A stretch of 64,000 nt of DNA from Gemmatimonadales bacterium. GTDB taxonomy: Bacteria; Gemmatimonadota; Gemmatimonadetes; Gemmatimonadales; GWC2-71-9. The stretch is taken from positions 4,849 to 68,848 of the forward strand of contig JBIOTT010000024.1 in assembly GCA_044866195.1 (NCBI GenBank), in the 5' to 3' direction. Of the stretch, positions 55,529-64,000 are shown in pieces. Position 1 is the stretch's first letter. The number at the start of each line of letters is the position of its first letter. Position numbers and translations under genes: made by a program. The notes beneath the pieces are model-generated. The model was not told where the DNA came from and did not search any database. It saw nothing but the letters and a program-made list of their open reading frames with translations.

Positions 55529-57007
55529 TCAGCGAGAGGCGACGGCTCGGTCCATCCAGCCGCCGCTGAACCCCGCTCGGCGGAGCCCGCGAAGGATGTG
55601 GGGATTGCGCTGCATAACACGCCAGACGAGCTCACTGCGATAGTTCTCGAGCATCGCCACGATCGGCCCCTGGTTGATGCCGACGTAATCGGTATCGAAC
55701 CAACCCTCCCCCGGGATCACCCGACCGAGGGGGACCGGCATCGGGACCGCGAACGTGGGATTGAAGGCATCGATGAATCCGTAGTTACCGAATAGCCGAT
55801 CGCCGTAACGCTGCCGCATTGTGACGAGCGCCGGGATGGCGATCTCGGGGGCGAAGGGGACCGAGCCCCCAAGCGCGGTGGGGGCCAGGGTACCGTCGTC
55901 GCGCACCTCAGTGAACGAAGTGCCGCGCGCGGCGTAGCCGAAGAACGCCCGGGGCCGGCCAGCAACGGTGAGGAGCGCATTGCCCGGGCCATCCGACGCG
56001 GTGAGACCCCATAGATCGGCCCCGTAACCCACCCACTCACCGGGGTTCGCAATCGCGTAAGCCCGTTGCGCATAGGTCTGCCGCCGCGAATTCTCGAAAT
56101 AATCGATACCGCGGGCTCGCATGTACTCGTCCTGGATACCCCGGAAGTCGATCCAGACGTGGGAGTATTGATGGCCGAACATCGGCCCGAATCCGACATG
56201 CTCCAGCGTCTTGTCGTCCGAGCCCCATCGGTACGCGCGGGTCCAAGTATCCCAAGCGTCTCGGCCGATCGGGTGCGTGGGCGAGCCGAGCGCGAGCAGA
56301 TACACGAGCATGGCTTCGTTATAGCCCGACCAGTCGAACGTGAGAAAGCCGGTTTCGGGAGTCCAGCCGTGCGAGATCAGGGGGTAGTTGGCCTGGGCCC
56401 AATGCCAGTCTACTCGGGCATAGAGTGCTTCCGCGTAGCTCCTGATCGCGACTTCCCGGCCGTCGTCGCCGTCGAAATACGACTGACAAAACAGGGCGCC
56501 CCCGAGCAGGAGCGCGGTATCGACCGTGGAGAGCTCCACGGTCTGGTACCGTCGTCCGCGCTCCATGTCGAGAAAGTGATAGAAGAATCCGTGGTAACCG
56601 CTGACTTCAGTCGGCGCGGCTCCTTGGGGAGCCTCCCAGAAAAAGCGCAGCGTCCGAAGCACCCGCTCCGCAGCTTCGGCCCGGGTCACGTAGCCGCGTT
56701 CGACACCGATGGGATACGCCGTGAGCGCGAAGCCGACGGCGGCGATGCTGGACGATGAGTGCGAGGGCCACCGATCAGGGGTGAGCCCGGTGAGCGGCTC
56801 GCTCCGCTCCCAGAAGAACGCGAACGTGCGCTGCTCGAGCGTGTCGAGGAAGGCGCGCTGGCCCTGAGTGATGGAGCCCGCTGCAGCCTCGGGGCGCACA
56901 GCAGCGGGTTGCGGGAACGAGGCACAACCCTGGAGGCATGCGATGGTGAGGAGCATCGCTCGAACCGAGCTCCTCCGGGCCTGCCGGTTAGTAATGGCCC
57001 CGTGCAT
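55529..57007 (-). CDS. Glucoamylase-family (alpha/alpha)6 lipoprotein, GH144-like endo-beta-1,2-glucanase candidate
   Basis: Signal/lipobox MLLTIACLQGCAS. Has FFYHFLDM, ELSTVDTALLLGGAL, GYNEAMLVYLLALGSPTHPI and PMFGHQYSHVWIDFRG. Confidence 0.65.
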   Translation of the reverse strand: MHGAITNRQARRSSVRAMLLTIACLQGCASFPQPAAVRPEAAAGSITQGQRAFLDTLEQRTFAFFWERSEPLTGLTPDRWPSHSSSSIAAVGFALTAYPIGVERGYVTRAEAAERVLRTLRFFWEAPQGAAPTEVSGYHGFFYHFLDMERGRRYQTVELSTVDTALLLGGALFCQSYFDGDDGREVAIRSYAEALYARVDWHWAQANYPLISHGWTPETGFLTFDWSGYNEAMLVYLLALGSPTHPIGRDAWDTWTRAYRWGSDDKTLEHVGFGPMFGHQYSHVWIDFRGIQDEYMRARGIDYFENSRRQTYAQRAYAIANPGEWVGYGADLWGLTASDGPGNALLTVAGRPRAFFGYAARGTSFTEVRDDGTLAPTALGGSVPFAPEIAIPALVTMRQRYGDRLFGNYGFIDAFNPTFAVPMPVPLGRVIPGEGWFDTDYVGINQGPIVAMLENYRSELVWRVMQRNPHILRGLRRAGFSGGWMDRAVASR

Positions 57008-57165
57008 TATGCAGGCATCGAAGAGGACCGGGGATCACCAATCGCACTGGGCACCAAGCCGAAATCTATGCGGGTGGCTGAGAAGTTGGGTTGCCGTTCC
57101 CAACGTCGGATTGCACCCGCCATTTCCGCTGACCTCCTGGTCGAACCCGACCCGACCGCGCCTCA

Positions 57166-59481
57166 ATGACGCGGGCTGGCGAATGCATCCGACTCTGGGC
57201 CGCGCTGCGAACCGCGCCCATGGCTGTGGTGACCCTCGCTGTCCTGGGCTGCCCCGGGCCTCTTCCGGGACCGAGCGGCCCCATCCAACCTGCCGGCCAA
57301 GCCGGCGCCTCCCCGATGGACCGATTCGTAGACTCTCTGCTGGCGCGGATGACCCTCGAGGAGAAGCTGGGCCAGCTGACTCAGTCGACCGGACCGGGCA
57401 GCAACACCGGCCCCGCCGCGCGGGCAGGTACCGACGCCGACATCCGGGCCGGCCGGGTCGGTTCCTTCCTCGGCGTTCGCGGTGCGGCGTACACCCGCGA
57501 GCTCCAGCAGATTGCGGTCGAGGAGAGCCGGCTCGGCATTCCGCTCCTCTTCGCCGACGACGTCATCCACGGTTACCGAACGATCTTCCCGGTGCCACTG
57601 GCCGAGGCATCCACGTGGGATCCGGCCGCGGTGGAGCGTTCGGCCCGGATCGCCGCAGTGGAGGCCACCGCCAACGGGGTCCATTGGACCTACGCGCCGA
57701 TGGTCGATATCGCACGCGACCCCCGCTGGGGTCGGGTGGTGGAAGGGACGGGGGAGGACCCCTACCTCTGCTCGGTCATGGCCGCAGCGCGGGTGCGTGG
57801 CTTCCAGAGCCCCGATCTCTCGTCCGACAGCACCCTCCTCGCTACCGCCAAGCATTTCGCGGCTTATGGCGCTGCTGAAGGCGGGCGCGATTACAACACG
57901 GCAGACCTCTCGGACCGGACTCTTCACGAGATCTACCTCCCACCCTTCAAGGCCGCCATCGACGCTGGCGCCCAATCGGTGATGGCGGCGTTCAACGAGA
58001 TCGCCGGCCTGCCGATGCACGCGAACCGGCCCTTGATTCGCGGCGTGCTCCGCGACGCCTGGGGTTTCGACGGAGTGGTGGTCAGCGACTACACCGGGAT
58101 CCTCGAGCTGATCCGCCACGGGATCGCCGCCGACAGCGCCGCGGCGGGCCGGCTGGCGCTCACCGCCGGGGTCGACGTCGACATGGTGAGCCGGATTTAT
58201 CTGAGCCAGCTCCCACACCTCGTGCATGGGGGAGCGGTGGCCGAGTCCCTGGTGAACCAGGCCGTGCGACGAATACTGCGGGCGAAGTATCGGCTCGGGC
58301 TCTTCACCGACCCGTACCGCTACAGCGATCCGGCACGGGAGCGGGCTCGCACGCTCACGTCGGAGCACCTGGCAGCGGCGCGCGAAATGGCCCGGAAATC
58401 CATCGTACTGCTCAAGAATTCGGGGCAGACGCTTCCGCTCTCGAAGGGTCTCGGTACCCTGGCGGTCATCGGCCCCCTGGCTGACGACGCGGCCTCCACG
58501 CTGGGCCCTTGGGCCGGGGCAGGGCGGCCCGAAGACGCCGTGACGGTGCTCGCTGGGATCCGGCGAGCCGTTCCCGCCGGAACCCGCGTGCTCTACGCCA
58601 CGGGCGCCGAGACGCGGGGTGAAGACACGACCGGCTTCGCGGAGGCCGTCCGGGTCGCGTGGCAGGCGGACGCAGTGGTTCTGGTGCTAGGGGAAGACCG
58701 GGACATGAGCGGGGAGGCCAACAATCGCACCTCGCTCGACCTCCCGGGTGTGCAGCAGCAGCTGGCCGAACGGGTGCAGGCGACCGGGAAGCCGGTGGTC
58801 GTGGTGCTGATGAACGGCCGCCCGCTGTCCACTCCGTGGCTCGATGCCCAGGTTCCGGCGATCATCGAGGCATGGTACCTGGGTGTGCAGACTGGCCCAG
58901 CGGTCGCCGACGTGCTGTTCGGCGACTACAACCCTGGCGGCAAGCTCCCGATAACCGTGCCGCGCAGCGTGGGCCAGGTCCCCATCTACTACAACCACAA
59001 GCCGACCGGGCGTCCGCCCGAGGAACGGGAGCGGTACAGCTCCAAGTACCTCGACGAGCCCTGGACCCCGCTCTACCCCTTCGGCTACGGTTTGAGCTAC
59101 ACGGCTTTCGCGTACGACAGCCTCCGCCTGAGCACCGCGCGGCTTCGTCGATCCGATTCGGTCGAGGTGAGCGTCAGGGTGACCAACACCGGCCGGCACG
59201 CGGGCGACGAGGTGGTCCAGCTCTATGTTCGCGATGAGGTCGCGAGCAGCACCCGGCCGGTGCTGGCGCTACGCCGGTTCGAGCGGATCACGCTGGCACC
59301 GGGAGAGGCACGCACGGTGGCGTTCACGCTGCGCGCCGACGACTTCGCGTTTCCCGGTCCCGATTTGGAGCCCCTTGTCGAGCCGGGCTTCTTCACCGTG
59401 GGCGTGGGGACCAGCTCGGCAGACCTGCAGCAAGCGCGTTTCGAGCTGGTGAGTGAGTTATCGCCCCGGGCCGCGCCGTGA
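57166..59481 (+). CDS. bglX: GH3 beta-glucosidase (BglX-like), secreted or lipoprotein
   Basis: MTLEEKLGQL, GIPLLFADDVIHG, DPRWGRVVEGTGEDP, GVVVSDY, and the C-terminal fibronectin-like domain pattern EVVQLYVRD. Confidence 0.9.
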   Translation: MTRAGECIRLWAALRTAPMAVVTLAVLGCPGPLPGPSGPIQPAGQAGASPMDRFVDSLLARMTLEEKLGQLTQSTGPGSNTGPAARAGTDADIRAGRVGSFLGVRGAAYTRELQQIAVEESRLGIPLLFADDVIHGYRTIFPVPLAEASTWDPAAVERSARIAAVEATANGVHWTYAPMVDIARDPRWGRVVEGTGEDPYLCSVMAAARVRGFQSPDLSSDSTLLATAKHFAAYGAAEGGRDYNTADLSDRTLHEIYLPPFKAAIDAGAQSVMAAFNEIAGLPMHANRPLIRGVLRDAWGFDGVVVSDYTGILELIRHGIAADSAAAGRLALTAGVDVDMVSRIYLSQLPHLVHGGAVAESLVNQAVRRILRAKYRLGLFTDPYRYSDPARERARTLTSEHLAAAREMARKSIVLLKNSGQTLPLSKGLGTLAVIGPLADDAASTLGPWAGAGRPEDAVTVLAGIRRAVPAGTRVLYATGAETRGEDTTGFAEAVRVAWQADAVVLVLGEDRDMSGEANNRTSLDLPGVQQQLAERVQATGKPVVVVLMNGRPLSTPWLDAQVPAIIEAWYLGVQTGPAVADVLFGDYNPGGKLPITVPRSVGQVPIYYNHKPTGRPPEERERYSSKYLDEPWTPLYPFGYGLSYTAFAYDSLRLSTARLRRSDSVEVSVRVTNTGRHAGDEVVQLYVRDEVASSTRPVLALRRFERITLAPGEARTVAFTLRADDFAFPGPDLEPLVEPGFFTVGVGTSSADLQQARFELVSELSPRAAP

Positions 59482-59671
59482 GGCGATGCGCCCGAGAGCG
59501 GGGGTCGATGGCTGCCATGATCGGTGCCTGGTGCCCGCGTCGACCGGCGTGAGCCAGTTCTGGGTCGGATTGAACGCGTCACGAAAACCGTAGATCCCAG
59601 AGCAGGTGACCGAGGTCGTGGCACAACTGCCGCACCGCGACGGGACCGCCCGTCCCCATCGCTTGCGGGCT

Positions 59672-61945
59672 CTAGCTGCAGTACTCCTCGACCTGGTCGA
59701 TCCCGATCCGGACGTCGCGCGGCTTGCTCCCGTTCTGGGGACCGAGAATCCCTGCCTCTTCCAGCTGATCCATCAGGCGGGCCGCGCGGCCGTAGCCGAT
59801 GCCGAGCTTGCGTTGGAGGAGCGAGGTGGAGCCGCCCTGGTTCTGCACGCAGGCGATCGCGGCGTCCTTGAAGAGGGGGTCTCGCTCGGACGCGTCGAAG
59901 GGTTCGCCGCCGGCCGCTTCGCCCGCTTCGGTGTCCGGCACCTCGTCCAGGATGTTGGTCTCCACGGCCTCCGTGGCCCCGCGCTCCTTCTGTTCCCGCA
60001 CCCACTCGCGATACCGCTTCATAAGCTTCTCGGTCTCCTCGGTGCCGATGTAGGCCCCCTGAAGGCGCATCGGCTCGCTCTTCCCCGGCTCGAGGAACAG
60101 CATATCGCCTTTGCCAAGCAGGGCCTCGGCCCCGTTCTGGTCGAGAATGGTGCGGCTATCCACCTTCTGCGCGACCCGGAAGGCGATCCGGCTGGGGAAG
60201 TTGGCCTTGATCAGCCCGGTGATGACGTTCACCGAGGGTCGCTGGGTCGCCACGATCAGGTGCAGGCCCACGGCCCGCGCCTTCTGCGCCAGTCGCGCGA
60301 GGTGCAATTCCACCTCGGCTTGCACGGTCATCATGAGATCGGCCAGCTCGTCCACCACCACGACGATCAGGGGCAGCTTGCCCTGGGTATAGACCTCGTC
60401 CTGCGACGGCTGGGGCGGCGTGTCCGGCGATTCCGCCGCGATTTCGATGAGCGTGATCTTCTTGGGCACGGGGTTCCTGAGCGGCTTGCCGTCGGCAACC
60501 TTGCGGTTGAAGTCGGTGACGTTGCGCGCGCCGTTCGCCTCGAGCAGCGCGTACCGCCGCTCCATCTCCCCAACCGCCCACTTGAGAACTACGGCGGCCT
60601 CCTTGTAGTTCGTCACCACCGGGTGGCGCAGGTGCGGCAGGCCGTTGTACATCGAGAGCTCGACCATCTTGGGATCGATCATCAGAAGCCGCAGGTCTTC
60701 CTTGTGCTGGTATTGGTACAGCAGCGATGTGATGATCGCGTTGATCCCGACCGATTTGCCGGTGCCGGTGGCGCCCGCGATGAGGAGGTGCGGCATCTTC
60801 CCCAGGTCGGCGATGACGGGACGGCCCTCGAGATCGAGGCCGAGCGCGACGGGGAGAAGGCGATCTTCGCCCTGCCAGGTCTCGTCCTCCAGCAGCTCGC
60901 GAAGCATGACCACCCGCGATTTGGGGTTGGGCACTTCGACGCCGACCATGTCCCGTCCCGGAATCCGAGCCACCCGGATCGAGCGCGCACTCATCTTGAG
61001 CGCGAGATCGTCGGCCAGGGTGACCAGCCTATTCATCTTGACGCCGGGCCGGAGGCGAACGCCGTACTGCGTGACCACCGGCCCGGTGGTGCGCCCGGCG
61101 ACATCGCCCTCGACTTTGAACTCGGCCAGCGTAGCCTCGAGTCGTTCCTGCAGCGAGTCGAGCTCGCTCTCGCCGGCATCGACCGCCTTCCCGGAGGGAG
61201 GATCGAGGAGCTCGACGTCCCACACGGCGGACAGGCGGACAGGCGGACGGGCGGGCAGGGCGGCCCGGCGGACGGGCGGACGGGCGGACGGAGACTTCGG
61301 TGTACTAAAGCCAGCTTGGACGCCGGGAGCGCCGTCCGCCTGCCCGCCTGCCCGCCTGCCCGCCTGGTCCGCCTGTCCGCCTGTCCGCCCGTCCGCCCTG
61401 TCCGCCTTGTCCGCCTGTCCGCCGGTCCGCTTGCCGGCCCGTCCGCCCGTCCGCCCGTCCGCCTCCAACCGCTGCAGCGGATGCCACGCGAAGGTGAGCA
61501 GGGTGAGCGCCGAGAGTGCGAGAAATCCCAGCAGCACGGCCCCTGCGAGGCCGACCCGGTCCGAGACCACCTCCGCCAGCATGCCGGGGAGCAGTCCCGC
61601 GAGTCGGGCCGGCAGGGCGCGCTGCTCCACGTCCGGGACCAGATCCAGGTAGCTCACCTGGGTCACCACGCCGACGAGATAGGGCAGCAGCAAGCTCAGT
61701 CCGACCATCAGCGCCGCCGCTCGCTTCATGTCGAGCCGGCCGAGCCGCTCGAATCCTGCGAGCGCGAGGCCCAGGCCTAGCAACGGGAGTCCGATCGCGC
61801 CGGCGCCGAGCGCGTGCCAGAGCGCGTGGCCGATCCAGCGCCCGACCGGGCCGGTGAGCGCAAACGGGAGTAGCGTGAGCCCGACGAAGACGCCGAGCAC
61901 CAGCGCCGTAATGGCGCCGAGCCGGCGGCGGGAGTCGGCGGTCAT
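59672..61945 (-). CDS. ftsK: DNA translocase FtsK/SpoIIIE
   Basis: N-terminal TM domain. Walker A AGATGTGKSV, plus VVVVDELADLMM, IVATQRPSVNVITG, and a C-terminal gamma (winged-helix) domain STSLLQRKLGIGYGRAARLMDQLE. Confidence 0.93.
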   Translation of the reverse strand: MTADSRRRLGAITALVLGVFVGLTLLPFALTGPVGRWIGHALWHALGAGAIGLPLLGLGLALAGFERLGRLDMKRAAALMVGLSLLLPYLVGVVTQVSYLDLVPDVEQRALPARLAGLLPGMLAEVVSDRVGLAGAVLLGFLALSALTLLTFAWHPLQRLEADGRTGGRAGKRTGGQADKADRADGRTGGQADQAGRRAGGQADGAPGVQAGFSTPKSPSARPPVRRAALPARPPVRLSAVWDVELLDPPSGKAVDAGESELDSLQERLEATLAEFKVEGDVAGRTTGPVVTQYGVRLRPGVKMNRLVTLADDLALKMSARSIRVARIPGRDMVGVEVPNPKSRVVMLRELLEDETWQGEDRLLPVALGLDLEGRPVIADLGKMPHLLIAGATGTGKSVGINAIITSLLYQYQHKEDLRLLMIDPKMVELSMYNGLPHLRHPVVTNYKEAAVVLKWAVGEMERRYALLEANGARNVTDFNRKVADGKPLRNPVPKKITLIEIAAESPDTPPQPSQDEVYTQGKLPLIVVVVDELADLMMTVQAEVELHLARLAQKARAVGLHLIVATQRPSVNVITGLIKANFPSRIAFRVAQKVDSRTILDQNGAEALLGKGDMLFLEPGKSEPMRLQGAYIGTEETEKLMKRYREWVREQKERGATEAVETNILDEVPDTEAGEAAGGEPFDASERDPLFKDAAIACVQNQGGSTSLLQRKLGIGYGRAARLMDQLEEAGILGPQNGSKPRDVRIGIDQVEEYCS
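61226..61464. repeat. Inverted arrays of GGCGGAC(A/G) octamers inside the ftsK linker
   Basis: About 8 units of ggcggac(a/g) at 61226-61291, a 41-nt spacer, then about 16 units of the reverse complement (c/t)gtccgcc at 61333-61464. Confidence 0.9.
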
Positions 61946-62724
61946 AACAGCTGGGGTTGGGGCTGTGGCGACGCGGGCTGAAGCTGCCGCTCCGGCGCGA
62001 CGGTCACCCGGCGCTCGTGAAAGTAAGGCAGCACGGGATAGGCATCGAGCCGGCCGGCATCGAGCACATCGGCTCGGAACCCGAGCCGGTTGAGCTCACG
62101 CCCGGCCCGGCTGTACGAAAGCGGCCGTTGCCAGTTGTCGCGGTAGCGGCGGACCAGGTCCAGGCTCGCCAGCGCCGCATCGTTGAGCCCCTTGCGGGGC
62201 TTGGGGCCGCCGAGAGCGGCTGCAGCGAGTCGGCCGGCGCAGTAGGCGTCATCCAGGCTGAACGCGGTCTCCCGGCCGGCGCAGAGAATCAGCACCTCGC
62301 GGTTTTGCTCCAGCGCGTCCCGGGCCCGCTCTCCGGCGACGGTGAGGTTCGCGGCCGCCGCGACATACACCGTCGCGGCTCCTTGGGCCGCTAACAGCGC
62401 CTTGGTCCCGTTGGTCGTGGTCACGATGATCGTCTTTCCCTTCACCGCCTGCTCGGTCATCTCGAGCGGGCTGTTGCCCAGCGCGAAACCCGGGATGCGC
62501 ACGCAATTCTTCTCGCCGGCCAGCAGCACGTCGGCGCTGCCGATGGTCTGGGCCAGGCGGAGCGCTTCCTCGGTGGAGGCGACCGGGATGAGCGCGCGCG
62601 CACCGTGATGGAGCGCGGCGCACATCACGGTAGTGGCGCGGAGGATGTCGATCACGAAGATCGTGCGCCCCTGCACATCCGAGGGCCCGAGGCCCACCGG
62701 GGAGAACCAGACGTGGAGCTTCAT
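61942..62724 (-). CDS. comB: 2-phosphosulfolactate phosphatase family protein (ComB-like)
   Basis: VIDILRATT, GEKNCVRIPGFALGNSP and LDDAYCAG. Start ATG 62724 shares 1 nt with the accC stop. Confidence 0.8.
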   Translation of the reverse strand: MKLHVWFSPVGLGPSDVQGRTIFVIDILRATTVMCAALHHGARALIPVASTEEALRLAQTIGSADVLLAGEKNCVRIPGFALGNSPLEMTEQAVKGKTIIVTTTNGTKALLAAQGAATVYVAAAANLTVAGERARDALEQNREVLILCAGRETAFSLDDAYCAGRLAAAALGGPKPRKGLNDAALASLDLVRRYRDNWQRPLSYSRAGRELNRLGFRADVLDAGRLDAYPVLPYFHERRVTVAPERQLQPASPQPQPQLL

Positions 62725-64000
62725 CAGTCCGGCTGCAGCAGGTGCGACTCGCGCTCGAGAAACCGGGTGTCGACCTTGCCCGCGGCGAAGTCGGGGTGCC
62801 GAATGACCCGGGCCAGAAACGGGATGGTCGTCGTGATGCCCTCGAGGATGAAGCTGTCGAGCGCCTGTCCCATTCGGGAGAGCGCTTCCTGCCGGGTGTT
62901 GCCGTGCACGATCACCTTGGCGAGCAGCGAATCGTAGTAGGGCGGCACGGTGTAGCCGGCATACACATGCGTGTCCACCCGCACGCCGGGACCCCCGGGC
63001 GGATGGTACGCCGTGATCAGTCCGGGGGAGGGCTGGAAGTTGCGGTAGGGATCTTCGGCGTTGATCCGGCACTCGATGGCGTGGCCCCGAAGCCGGGTGC
63101 CGTCGCCGCGGTAGCTGATCGGGTCGCCGGCAGCGATCCGGATCTGCTCCTTCACCAGATCGAAGCTCGCCACCATCTCGGTCACCGGGTGCTCCACCTG
63201 GATCCGGGTGTTCATCTCCATGAAGTAGAACTTACCATCGGTGTCGAGCAGGAACTCGACCGTGCCCGCGCCCTGATAGCCGATGTTGGAGGCGAGGGCG
63301 ACGGCTGCCTCGCCCATGCGGCGCCGGAGGCCGTGGTCCAGCGCCGGGCTGGGGCTCTCCTCCACCAGCTTCTGATGGCGGCGCTGGACCGAGCAATCGC
63401 GCTCGCCCAGGTGGACCACCTTCCCGTGGACATCGCCCAACACCTGGATCTCGACGTGACGGGGGCGCTCGAGATACTTCTCGACGTAGACCGCGCCGTT
63501 GCCGAAGGCAGCCAGCGCCTCGTTCTGGGCCAGGCCGAACAACTGGGAGAACTGCTCCAGATCCTGTGCGATGCGCATCCCCTTCCCGCCCCCGCCGGCC
63601 GTCGCCTTGATGATGACGGGAGGCCCGATCTCCTCGGCAAACCGCAGGGCCTCGTCCGGATCTTCGATCGTGCCGGGCGAGCCGGGCACGGTGGGAACCT
63701 CGGCTTCCTGGGCCAGCTTGCGGGCTGTCGCCTTGTCGCCCATGAGCCGAATCTGCTCGCCGGTCGGGCCGACGAACGTGATGTTCGATGCCCGGCAGGT
63801 GTCGGCAAACTCGGCATTCTCGGCCAGAAACCCATAGCCGGGATGGATCGCGTCGGCACCGGTGATCTCCGCCGCGGCGATTAGATTCGGGATCTTGAGG
63901 TAGGAGAGCCGGCCGGGTGGCGGGCCGATGCACACGTCGTCGTCGGCAAAGCGGACGTGCAGCGACTCCCGGTCGGCCTCGCTGTAGACGGCCACCGTCT
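62724..64000 (-). CDS. accC: Acetyl-CoA carboxylase biotin carboxylase subunit; 5' end beyond the right window edge
   Basis: [54 protein letters not shown]. The family N-terminus (about 40 aa) is missing from the window. Confidence 0.93.
   Translation of the reverse strand, partial: TVAVYSEADRESLHVRFADDDVCIGPPPGRLSYLKIPNLIAAAEITGADAIHPGYGFLAENAEFADTCRASNITFVGPTGEQIRLMGDKATARKLAQEAEVPTVPGSPGTIEDPDEALRFAEEIGPPVIIKATAGGGGKGMRIAQDLEQFSQLFGLAQNEALAAFGNGAVYVEKYLERPRHVEIQVLGDVHGKVVHLGERDCSVQRRHQKLVEESPSPALDHGLRRRMGEAAVALASNIGYQGAGTVEFLLDTDGKFYFMEMNTRIQVEHPVTEMVASFDLVKEQIRIAAGDPISYRGDGTRLRGHAIECRINAEDPYRNFQPSPGLITAYHPPGGPGVRVDTHVYAGYTVPPYYDSLLAKVIVHGNTRQEALSRMGQALDSFILEGITTTIPFLARVIRHPDFAAGKVDTRFLERESHLLQPD

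Noticed and set aside
59482-59671. Possible terminator hairpin (gacggg-accg-cccgtc at ~59638-59654) between the convergent GH3 and ftsK genes
   Set aside because: The stem is short (6 bp) and has no U-tract on either strand. This is not enough to annotate.
61226-61464. Possible CRISPR array, because of the many short repeats
   Set aside because: Units are only 8 nt and directly abutting with no spacers. They lie inside the ftsK reading frame, and no cas genes are nearby.
59606-61780. 724-aa plus-strand ORF
   Set aside because: It is antisense to ftsK, which has clear Walker and gamma-domain motifs. Composition is low-complexity and no family signature is present.

Overview
Very GC-rich, almost fully coding bacterial chromosomal segment; phylum cannot be assigned from sequence alone. 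All calls come from manual motif reading of the ORF track and of the raw sequence. No searches or folding programs were run. Many track ORFs are high-GC artefacts or carry false N-terminal extensions, so starts were re-picked where a neighbouring stop, a 4-nt ATGA/GTGA overlap or a family-typical N-terminus allowed.

Gene content, left to right:
- 1-2241: a secreted Asp-box propeller fused to gamma-glutamyltranspeptidase, running off the left edge.
- 2.4-6.5 kb: an RtcB RNA-repair neighbourhood (DLH-type hydrolase, RtcB, an HPF/RaiA-cold-shock-domain fusion). It converges on a MarR-archease operon, with a VOC gene divergent from MarR.
- 6.5-9.4 kb: an ada-alkA-2OG oxygenase alkylation-repair operon.
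- 9.6-34.2 kb: a ~25 kb surface-polysaccharide locus. It has 6 glycosyltransferases, 5 methyltransferases, a MurJ-like flippase, a large Wza/SLBB export protein, Wzy-like and Wzz-like proteins, a clan GH-A hydrolase, 2 phosphoglycosyl transferases and a GDP-heptose-type pathway.
- 34.8-47.9 kb: an isocitrate-lyase-family gene, then hflX, rarA, a ZIP transporter, cca, asparaginase, a CpsB-type PHP phosphatase, alaS, recX, recA and yraN.
- 48-59.5 kb: a beta-1,2-glucan locus (MalK-like ATPase, Cgs-like GT84 synthase lacking a GH94 domain, MsbA/NdvA-like exporter, GH144-like glucanase, GH3 beta-glucosidase).
- 59.7-64 kb: ftsK, comB and accC (partial at the right edge).

No rRNA, tRNA, CRISPR array, integrase or transposase was recognised.

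Most interesting observations:
1. A decayed segmental duplication of a divergent promoter region brackets a 5-gene cassette inside the polysaccharide locus.
2. A dispersed GGCGGAC(A/G) octamer repeat is expanded inside ftsK (in both orientations), inside alaS, and upstream of rarA.
3. Several hairpins have arms built from tandem 7-8-mers. One has perfect 24-bp arms flanked by TTTTCA direct repeats and looks MITE-like.
4. RtcB has unusual partners, including the HPF-CSD fusion.
5. A histidine-phosphatase-family enzyme occupies the GmhB position of the heptose pathway.
6. The Cgs-like synthase is truncated and co-located with beta-1,2-glucan degrading enzymes.
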